64,000 nt of DNA from Takakia lepidozioides. Its lineage: Eukaryota > Plantae > Bryophyta. The notes beneath the pieces were generated by a model. It saw nothing but the letters and a program-made list of their open reading frames with translations. It was not told where the DNA came from and made no database searches. Below are positions 26,540-37,356 of this stretch, piece after piece. Positions within the stretch are counted from its first letter, which is position 1. Each line of letters begins with the position of its first letter. Location of the stretch: contig CM060734.1 in assembly GCA_030704615.1 (NCBI GenBank), forward strand, positions 36,208,001 to 36,272,000. The letters run 5' to 3'. The position numbers were made by a program, and so were the translations under genes.

Positions 26540-26690
26540 GATCATGCATTGAGAATGGAAATGAACGTGACCTTGTTGGGCTTTATGCCTTCCCGTATCA
26601 TCTGCTCATACATCTCGAGAGCCTCGGTACCACACCCATGCAGGGCATATCCTGCAATCATCGCACTCCATGAGACCACATTTCGGTGAG
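26540..26690 (-). pseudogene. Isolated PPR motif fragment
   Basis: The minus strand reads RNVVSWSAMIAGYALHGCGTEALEMYEQMIREGIKPNKVTFISILNA*, with an in-frame stop where C of NAC is expected. Confidence 0.85.
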
Positions 26691-29042
26691 CTCTTGGTGT
26701 GCCCAATCGCCTCCTTGGTTCACAATGTGCCGCGCCTCTTCAGTCGTCCTTCCTTACAGAGTGCCCTCACATCCTCACAGGCACTCGAAGGGTTCCTAGC
26801 TCTCTTGGTCTTCTTTCAACAGCAGTAGTGATGGTGGAGGCTTCTGTCCATGAAACACCGCAGCTTGAGCTTCAAACAGCTCAAGAACTCAGTTTTGGTT
26901 TTTTCGGGCAGTCCGGGCAACATCCAAGAAAATTGACAACGATGACGTGGTGACAAAACGTGGAACGATGACGTGGCGGAGATGACGAGGCACTATGGCA
27001 CCCTATATCTGCTCTACGCTAAACTAGCTTCCGGCTGTGTGCCCAATCATGCCCACCTTCAAAGATTTGGATTTCATGCGGATTGAACTTTGCTCCGGAC
27101 GTGAAGTCGAAAACTAGGCCAATGCCAGGGCACTTCGACGGCCTAATCAATAGAATGACTTCAAGGAAGTCGTTTGGGTTCCAAGTTCGAACAGCCAGTG
27201 TTTGGGACCCATTTCTGAGGACCCGCTTGGAGAGTAAACGGATGTGTGGACATCAGTGTCTGATTGTATTCCCGGCATGGTTCGAATCTAAACATGAAGA
27301 ACAACAGAATGTGCATCGCTTTTCTTTCTTTACCTACTTTTAGGTGGTCTGGCGACTTCGGATTATCACAAAACGGTCGCATGGAACTTTCAACAGTTGA
27401 TAGGACAAGTCACAATTTCACATGTACATTCATGAACATTCAGACGGGGGCGTATCCAAGTACTAACGGACGAATACACTCAGATCGTCATCATGGTGAG
27501 TTGTAAGTGTGTCTGGATTGCTGTGGACGACGTAGTGAATATCAGGATCTCTTTTTCCCCCTTCAATCTCTTCTGTCTGAGGACCTCATGTTTCCTTGAC
27601 ATGAGCATCATCCAATCTCGTCCATATACTCCTTTTCTTTTCAAGAATAGGATGCCGTGAGAGAAAAATTTCCTTCTTAGAAATTAGGCAGAAATGTGCC
27701 GATGGCGATCATAAACCTGTTGATTTCACACCGAACCCCCACTCATTACAGGGCCTATGTATCTTAGTTAAAGCTTGTAACAGTCGTAGATGGGCACCAA
27801 GTAGAGGGCTTCAATATGTAGCTCCTGCAACCAAAAAAAATGCAAATCCAGCTCCTACCAAGGCCACAGATGGAAAACAAGGCCCAAAGGTGATCCGGGC
27901 CGGCTGTCAGACCATAAATTCCCTCAATTAAAAACAAACTGAAAATTCCATGTCAAGGAAAAATGCGAAGTCATGTTCAAGTGTCAATGGATAGGAGGAT
28001 GGTGACTTCTGGCCATGCATAAAGAACTTCCAGCTTTCTCGAAGGAAACCGGTGGGCTTAAACCTGTGAATCCACCGTCCACGGCTGTCGCAGTGATCAG
28101 AATCTATAATCTACGCGCCAGGCTGGCCAGTGCATTACAACAGCTCTTGCGAAGTTCCTGGTGCGTTCTTCACGCACGGTAAGCCTCCTCCTGTCGGGGG
28201 TTATCTACACTCGCCCCGCCACTCGGCTACCGCCTCGTGGTGGGGCTCATGTAATCCCTCCCCTCCACTCGGAGGCTTACCCTACACATAAAAAGTCTGC
28301 AACCAGCAGCTTTCACTAAATTGCACAGAGCCCTGCCCACAAGGGGGACCTTTAATGTGCAAATTACAGAATAATCCACCATGAATAAGGGATGAACAGG
28401 TACAACCTCAACTTGTCACGGAAACGCAATGTTACCAAGCAGCTTCAATCATTTTTGTGGAGGGACAGATGATAATGAGCACAGGACCGCACTCCATCAC
28501 AAGGTCACCTGGAAATACTTTTCTGCTACCAGTGATAGAAATTTGCAACGTCATACCCTACTCTCCATCCCAGAGATGGGATCAAGTTGATGATTGAAAC
28601 CTCATGAAGGGCTGCCTGTTGCCACAATAATTGGGCTTGAGGTGCCCTTCAAGTTAGCTTCCTGGTCCAGTCAGCCCGGGCCTCTGCACGGGACTCCTTC
28701 CCTACCACCAATGAAGGGGCAACTCGATTCATGCAAGAAAACTGCTGCTTGACAAGGCTGTCAAGAATCGAAATCACAGATCTTGTTGTGATGGCCTTTT
28801 GGATTGCTCGGTTGTACTCATGATTCCAAATCTCACCAGCAAGGCTCAATCCAAAGGTAGAGCTCATATCAATAAAGGCTACCCGTTGAGCTGCTGCTGG
28901 TACCCGAGCCAAGTGAGCACTAAATCGATGTATGTTGATGGAAGATTGATCTTGAAAGGATGGAGGCTGAATGGACTGCCAAACCAAGAGATGCAAAACT
29001 CTTTTGGGGTTTTGCTACATCAAAAAAGAATCACTTAAGGTG

Positions 29043-32000
29043 CTACAATGTCAATTCAGAAGGGAGGCAAGGCAATCGCTCTATACTGGCTCCAAGAAGG
29101 CGGAACTTCTGATCTAGTCTCTCATACCCCCGATCAATATGGCCCACACCCTCAATATGGGTGGTCCCCTCAGCTGCCATTCCTGCAAGGACAAGTGCTG
29201 CCCCAGCTCTGAGGTCTGTGGCTGTCACAGGTGCTCCATACAACGAGCTGCAACCAAAAAGCATGATTCTCACATGTTTGTCACGAATTCTTGCCAATAC
29301 ATCATCTTACATCTTCCATACATGCCCATACATCCATCCTCTATACATGTATTCAGCTACACCTACGACCTTTAGATGCACAGGCAGTCATGTTTATCTT
29401 CAATGCGAACAGAGATACTCAACAGGCCTTCATATACTCTACACACAAAGAATCACTTTTTGCAGGCAACACAAAGAGCAACGGTAATTATCTAGTTTCC
29501 CTTGGAGCGAAGGCCCATTGAGTTGATGTAGGTCCACATTTTCTTCAGAACAGAACGAACTACCTGCCCTGATCCTTGCCGCTAATGATGGCGATGTTCC
29601 AACTCACTTTCACGTTAGCTCCAAGCTTCTGTAGCTCCTCAACTGTTTGAACAACCCCTCACCCATTAACATTGGCACATGGATAAGACTGTCTTTTGGT
29701 AGAAGGTACCTTCAGTTGGTGAAAGAATTTCAATCTCTCAAATTCAACATACATGTGAACACCCATGTTTTGCATGTAAATATTGTTTGGGGGTTCAAAC
29801 CATGGCGCATGCGGCTCTCGAATACTGTCTCCTCCACGATACTTTGGCCACTGCAAGTTGTCAAAAGGGACATGAGCTGGGGTTGCAAGTCGGTTGGAAA
29901 GCCTGGATATGGAAGCGTTTTCACCTCAGAGCTTCTTAGCACCTGTGGCGAGTTAATCTGCAACCAGCCATAGTTCTGTCTCTAAGAGGAAGATCTCAAT
30001 AGCTCTAGCTTCTCCAACTTACTCTTTTCCCTCCCTAATCCCAAGAACCAAAACCCATAGACATACACCCTCTTCTTTGGGGGAAGGGGATAGTCTCACT
30101 GGATAGATCTAGGGATATCATCTTGTGCATACTTTTGGACCCAAGTCACAATCACTCTATGCAATCGACAGAGGACCCAGATAACCAACCTTTGTCAAGT
30201 CCAGCTGGAGCTGACACCTGTCAGGATTAGAAGATGCCTTCGGCAACTCCAACCACGAAGGAAGTAGGTGGTAGACAATACGCCAACACCATATTGACCA
30301 CAGAGAACCATTTCCTCCTTTAGCTTCATATTGGACACTACTAAAAGAAGTCACAATGAGAAAATAGGGAAGACATGGGAGAACTCAAACAAAGGTTCCC
30401 TTCAACCGATGCTGTTTAGTGTGTCTCATCCCGTGTTTCTTCTATCTGATGCAGAGGGAGCCACACCAGTAAGAAAGTGAAGAGAGATAGCCACTGATTA
30501 GACTTTGCTTGCCATAGGCTTGTGGTCAGCTTGGAAGTGCAGAAAAGGGGAGGACGAGGGGGAGAGGGGATTAGTGCAATGTGTGTAGAGCAGAATGTCT
30601 TGACTCTAGTAGTGGGTTTAACCTTCATTTTGGGTATGAATGATGTTGGCCTCCCAACATCCACTACTGTAGCATCACTATCTGATGCAAAATCCACCCC
30701 AGAATTCATATCCCAGAGTGGTAACAGCTTTTGGCATTGTCTAGAATGTAGACAAGTTGCAGACGACAAAGATGACACCTACCCGCAACCCATGACACCC
30801 TGTCTGCTGTATCCGGCAGCCAATGGCACGGAGCTTGCTCATGACTGAAGTCAAATGCCGGGGCACCACAGGGGCCATTGATATAGCTGAGCGCGTGATG
30901 GCAGCTGCTACCAAAAAAGTCCCAGCTTCAATTCGATCTGGTATAATCTTGTAGTCCGTACCGTGCAACTTCTTCATTCCCTTGATGGTGAGTGTGTTAG
31001 TCCCTGCTCCATGTATGCTTGCTCCACAAGATATCAAGAAATCGGCAAGGTCTACCACCTCCGGCTCCTATCAGCATTTCAATTCCCACAAATCAGACAG
31101 TGCAGAGCTTTCAAGGGAAGCAAATGGTCTCTTAAATGGCACTGGAGTCTCACTCCCCTTCTTTTTCCAGGGATTAGTGCACACCGCCATCAGGGGCAGT
31201 ACCCACAAGATGAAGAGGCTTTTCTTTATACTGACTTCAGGCATTATCACCTCTCTCTTTTTCCCGCTCAAACTGGGCGCGGGGTCAATGGCCACAAGGC
31301 TACGGCAAACAAAGTCTTATGAGTACAATCTCTCTCTCTCTCTCTGTGCGCAGGGATTATGGCCAGAAGGGTACACCCTGGCAAACTTACAAAAGGAACT
31401 GTGGGAAACGGTATCTCTATCTGACAAGTGAGGTTCTCCCGGTTCGTGGCTTAGAGCTCCTAGGGACATTCCAGGTTTGAGTTCATACCTAGGTTGGTCC
31501 CTACAAGGAAACACTCCAGACAGGAACGTAGTTTGCTTTAACTCGTCAACATGTTAATTTCGCACTTTTCATTCTCTCTTTCTTCTTCAAAGGTGAAGTT
31601 CTTTATATCTGCCAGGGGCAGCTGGGTTGTGGATTTTTAGTTTTCAAGCCATAGGTGTCTGTAGAGGTGAGGTACAAAGGCAGCACGGAAGACTCCAAAT
31701 CTGTACGAAACAGATTTAAATTGGGTTGTCAGGGTAGGAGAAGAGAATTTCTAGGCAACTTGTTGGCACTGGAGCTACAGCAGGAGCAACAAGACTGTCG
31801 CGGCACAGGGAAGAGCAACAGATAATCTGAAAGGCTCCTAAATAAGACAGATCATCACATATTCTCCTTTTGCAGCACTGAATTTGAAAGTATATCCTAA
31901 ACATCGTACCCACAAATCAGGTATATCCCCAGCTGGGCTAACTGAACAATCTCAGCAGCTAACTCTTAATTTAATCTTCAGGGTTTATGGCCACAAGACT

Positions 32001-33454
32001 GCGGCAAACAATGTCCCATGAATACATCTTAATTTGACCTTCAGCCTAGTCCAAAGCCCTTTCACGTACATCTTGAGTTCCAGCTTTTACATGGCAGCTA
32101 CAAAACAAGTGCACGCAATCTTCCTTGAATTTGAGAGTCATGAGAACTCCAAGAGTGAAAGAAAAGAGAGCGGACTTGAAAACCTGAGCCACATTCGATA
32201 ACGTAGTATTTCCGTCAGCCAATGCTGCAGCCATCATCAAAGTTTCCGTGGCTCCCACACTGGGGTAATCGAGGCAGAAGTTGCCACCAACCAAGCGCTT
32301 TCCGTTCAATGCGCGTGCATGCACCTTGCCTTGCCTACAGACACCTTTTCCTGTGAGCCATTACATAAAGAGCACTCTCATCTCTCCCCCTCCCATCTCT
32401 CTCGCCACCTCCCTCCATTTTACGTACTCTTCCTGATTCAAACTCAGTGAGAGACCGATGAGCAGCTGCTTGATTTTACCGAAGAAAAACAAGGCTGGGT
32501 TTATACCTGGTTTGGAGGAGACATTCACCAAAAGACAGTTTTTCAACACCTTGTAAAATGCAGCCCTAAACTTGATCCAGCCAAGAAACAGTCGACAGAA
32601 GGCTACCTAATCTCCACTTGGGCACCAAGAGCTTCCAACCCGCGCACGTGAAGATCGATGGGTCGGGCGCCTATGTTGCATCCGCCAGGCAAAGGGACCA
32701 CAGCCTCGCCTTTCCGTCCGACTAAGGCACCAATAACAAAAAAACTTGCCCTCAGTTTCCTCACCGCTTCTGGGCATGGCTCAACGGACGTCAGATTGCT
32801 GGCATCCACAATGATACCCGAAGGCGACCGCTGGATACGAACCCCAATTGATTGCAAAACTTGGAACATGCGACGTATGTCATGAAGGTCCGGTATCATT
32901 CGAAGGCTCAATTCCTGTTCTGAGCATAACGCCCCAGCCAACACAGCCAAAGCTGAATTCTTGGCTCCACTAATCTGAACCTCCCCGGACAAAGTACGCC
33001 CACCAGTAATCTCCAAACATTCGACCAATGGCCCTGGAACCCGAGCGCCCATGGAGAGAGGGAGAGACGACACCTCAGTCCCATCGGCAACGTCCACGCA
33101 TTCGACCAATGCCCCTGGAACCCGAGAACACATTGAGAGAGAGAGAGATGGCAGCTGGAGTGCCAGCCTGCGGTACACTTTCTTAATCTCCTTCTTGGAT
33201 GCTGCCGGTCTAAGCCCTAAAGTGGGCAAATGCTCACCATGTCCTCTTCCACGGTATGATCGCACCTCCACACCACTCTTCGCCCCCTTCCAGCTTATGG
33301 ACTTCGAACTCCCCGACCCTTTGCACCCTGTGACAGATTGGCCATGAAATGCACTCTGACATGCTACCTTCTCCACGCCGCAATCACCAAACAGTCGAGC
33401 CATTTTCCCTTGATTTCCTACGTTGATCTTTCCTCCACTTAGCTCCATATTCAT
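29043..33454 (-). CDS. murA: UDP-N-acetylglucosamine 1-carboxyvinyltransferase (plastid peptidoglycan pathway), about 574 aa, 6 exons
   Basis: Exons 33454-32607, 32334-32184, 31067-30783, 29957-29801, 29642-29564 and 29247-29043. All introns are GT-AG with consistent phases (2,0,0,1,2), total 1725 nt. Motifs: [62 protein letters not shown]. About 145-aa N-terminal extension. Confidence 0.96.
31200..31346 (+). mobile_element. LINE 3'-end fragment with (CT)n tail, in MurA intron 2 (second copy at about 31987-32027)
   Basis: TTCCCGCTCAAACTGGGCGCGGGGTCAATGGCCACAAGGCTACGGCAAACAAAGTCTTATGAGTACA, matching the 25810, 22900 and 6636 copies. Confidence 0.65.
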
Positions 33455-36187
33455 CTCACTTAGACGTCCTGCACTGAATGCCCCAGCTTAAAAACTGTTA
33501 TCTTTTGCATTTAGTTTTTTTCCTTCCCACTCGAGCTTGGCCTTCACGCTCTTTCGATGGTTCCATAGGAATGTACGAAATCTGCCCAAGAAGAAGGTGC
33601 ACTTTATCTGAAGCGGAAAACTCCCAGCCTTACAATCTTATCACTTCAAGGCCCTTCCCCTGCGTGTTCCAAATCTGGAACTAAGTGCTGCTACTGCTCT
33701 ACAACCCAGGGCGTGTCTCTTCTTCATTCACACTCCATTTGGGTGTCACCCTCCTGACAAATCAACAATGCGCAAGTACAATCTTTCTCTTCTTCCAGAC
33801 TGGTGGCCCTCTTCCTCTTCCACACAAGGGACGCGTCCTCCACACTGGCATTGCCTGCTGTTAGACACGAGACCCCTTTCTCATACCCACCCTGCGTTGT
33901 GGTTGATAGGACAAATAAAGAGTTTTGAATGTTGTTGGCCTGTCTCTCTCCCTCCCTCTTGGGCTGTGCATGCACACTAGTAGGTCTGTAAATATGCTGG
34001 ATTCCCTAAAAGAGACACTCCGGGGAACCCAATTACCTTTACCGTCCACAAAAAGGATTGAGGATCCTTGTTGCCAGCTACCATCTTCCCTCGTACAGCT
34101 GTTGCGCCCAATAATACCATCCCACTTCCAAACTAATCCAGGTTATAAGACCCTGCTAATTAATCGCCTTATTAGGCACCAGAAGCTACCCATCACTGCA
34201 ATCACTCTAATTTTGTCATACAGGAAGCAGTACATGAGGATGTGCCATGTAATTGGGTTTTTGTTGTGTGTGGGAGCTAACCAATGCAAAGTTGTTTGTC
34301 CCAATGTGTGACAGGAGGAGGCCGTGTACAACATTCTTCCAGAAATCCTCATTATAGAACAGAACAAATGTCCACTAGGGACCCAGAAATTGTCATACAC
34401 TGTCTGCTGTCTGATATGTATGTAACAGTGTGAGGACGCCCATTGATATAGAGTTGGGCACTGCAACTGGAAGCCATAGATCTTCTTTGTCTTGTTACTA
34501 AAAGTAAGAGAGTAACTTTCTCATCCCTGCCATGATTTGAAAGTTAGTGAATCTCATCCATCCACAGAGGGCCAATAGGTGGGCTGGGGATGGATTCCGC
34601 AATCCCTAGTGATAAGCCATGCTTTGACTAGGTCACCATTGTTATCCTTCCTCTTCCATTACGTCCCTTCAATTGCTTTCCATGGCAAATGTAGCTTGGG
34701 TTTGAGGAAAGTCGGGCCAGTTAGACAGTAGCATGTGGTGGCTGGATTGCATGCACAGGTGGTGGGCAGGGATGGGCAGGGAGGGTAACCGCAAAACACT
34801 TTAAGCCAGCGTTCTAGTCTTATATTCGGCAGCTGCAGGGTATCCGAAGCTGAATCATAAACAACAAGTGTGGGACCAGGCACACCACACCGCTATTTCC
34901 ATAACGGAGTATTGTTTGTTGGCTCTTCTTGTAGAGGAAAACTATGCATGCCAAGTTTTTGCCTACATGTGTGTGAGCTTCATTCATTTTGTTGCTTCTT
35001 TTGTCTTCGGTTCGGCAAAACAGGTGGCGTTGAAAAAGCTGGACTACACAGCAACGTTGGATTTCATATTGGCAGACTGCACATGTGTAGCATTAATGTG
35101 GTGGACGATCTGGTACATGGCAAGGAGTCGTTGGCCAATTCATCTGTCAAAAACTTTCGTGTATGTACGGAGTGCTGTGAACTCCTCAAAAGGACGCCAA
35201 CCAGCTTGCAGTGTTTTTCTTAAGAAATTTGGAAAACAGCACGAGTGGCTACAGAGTTTTGCAGGAAATAGCCATTTATTCTGTTCATCCACTGTAATTC
35301 ATCCACCTATGTGCCATCATCCATTATATCATCCATATTTGGCGAATTCATCCATAATTTATTTTGATTTCATCCATGAAAAAACAGTGGATTTGCGACA
35401 ATATTTTATTTTATTTTTTGAGGTCGAAATCTGGCGATTATTCGCCCCTAAAAGAATGTCTGCCAGCTTGATTGCATCTTCTTAATATAAGTAGTGCAAT
35501 CCTTCTATCCTTCCCAAGCTTGGTACTACTTACAAGATTTCCTGAACACTGAAGTGACATCAAAAGAGAGTGAACTTTTGCTGGGCATTTCTGCATATTG
35601 AGGCCCAGAGTGCTCATCTGCCATCATGCAGAAGGTATACCTCGGTTCGCAACTCCTTTATACCTAGTCACTAGCAATTAATTGAGGTTTCCATTCAAAT
35701 AAAGATGGTTCAAGTTCCAATTTACATTTTTGAAAGGGCCTGCCTGCAGAGCCCACCAGAGTAAGGTTGAGGCTGAGGATAGCCCTCACCCTCCTTTAAC
35801 CCCTAAACGAGTGAGCCACCCCTCGTTTTCATCCACGCCGTAAGTTCCATGGATGAAGTCCAATGAACATGCGGTCTGAATGAAAAATGTAGGCGCCCGT
35901 GTCCTCTACATGCTCCAACAAATGGCACACGGAAACCATAAATTCCCTGCACGGTAGGATTTTCTTAGTGCCAGGAGTACCAGATTTGGGTGGTGTCCAA
36001 GCAGGTTGACCTCCAACGTGGCAGCCTAAGGGGGTGTCCACGCAGGTAAGTCTCCCACGTGGCAGGTTGGAAAGCCTTTCAGAAAATGCCCCATCCACGC
36101 CTAGAAATTTACTCTGAATCATAAATCATTTAATCATTTAATCATAAATCATAAATGAAAGAGGTTATTTTCTCCTCTCACTACAAA

Positions 36188-36250
36188 GGGGCCTGATTTG
36201 TGAGCTGTCGCTCCCAGGTGCTTCCCTTTTATAAAAATAAAAATAAAAAA
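36188..36250 (+). mobile_element. 5'-truncated SINE family 1 copy (3' end and A-rich tail)
   Basis: GGCCTGATTTGTGAGCTGTCGCTCCCAGG...TAAAAATAAAAATAAAAAA is the reverse complement of the left end of the 56502 copy. Confidence 0.6.
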
Positions 36251-37356
36251 ATCTTTTTGGCATGTGTACTTTACATTGGAGCAAAGCATACACTCACCGT
36301 AAGAATTTGGATTCCAAGTAAAATTTCTATACGTTTAAGGAGCCTTGGTTGAGTACATCAAATTGGCGAAATCAACTCCCCCAAAATTCACATAAGTTAC
36401 AAAGCACCCCCTACTCTAGGTCTTTCAGAGTGCAAGTGCCCCTAATTGTCAATCCACCCAAGAGAAATATGGATACTGAAAATTTTATGGTATGTATTTT
36501 CATTTGGGTTCCAATTTTTGTCATTACGTTTTGTTATAAGCTCCCATTTGCAAAGTGTCAAACCTGCCCAGATTCTGTGATGGTGTTCATGTTGTCAGTA
36601 GGGATGAGGTTGTAAGGTTCATCCAAGTGGATGGATGGGGTAGGAAGTATGGCAAGTGTAATCAAGGTACATATTGCTTTTTTACAAAAGTGAAAAAATT
36701 TAGCTGGTCTATACTTCCTCTAGGCGTTCACAGCTCTTTCCCGTTCTTATATATATATATGTATGCGTTTCCTACCCGGGAAAGAGTGTTCTCTCCAACA
36801 TTAACTTAGGCCGCTTCACATTAGAGAGAGGACCGCAAAGGAAAGCGTAGGTCAGTCGTGTAACAAATCACCTTCTGAGCTGGGATGGTCTTTGCACATA
36901 TCACGATCCTTTTGCTTTGTACTGTCTATCCGTGTTCATAATCACACACAAGGTACTAACAAAGTCATTCACCCAACAGATAAAGTTTCTTTAACGTCCA
37001 GTGCATACAAAATGCCTGAGGAAACTCTCGCACAAAATGAAGACGAAACCCTAGGATAAGGAGGTAACCAAAGCCTGTACCAATGAACGGGAAGAACCGG
37101 CAGCCAGTTACATGCCAGCCGAGTGCCATCCTGGAATTTCCGGGTATGACATGAAACCTCCGGAAAATGAACCGACGGAAAAAATGGCCCAACAAGTGCA
37201 GAAAAGTATCCTTGGCAGGAGTTGAACCTGTCAATGCCCTCCACCAGTTGGAGGCCAAGGATCGAACCCTTCTAAAATGCAAGGACCTCAACCAAAAGTT
37301 GAAGGGCCTTGAATTTTAGAAGCGTTACCTATCTAAACAAACAAACAAACATAAAT

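Noticed and set aside
29043-33454. Bacterial contamination or recent bacterial insert (murA)
   Set aside because: Five spliceosomal introns, a targeting-like extension, and host repeats inside intron 2.
34868-35485. 205-aa ORF upstream of murA (and a DUF247-like phrase at 34659-34883)
   Set aside because: Non-ATG start, runs into low-complexity repeat, and the similarity is too short to support.
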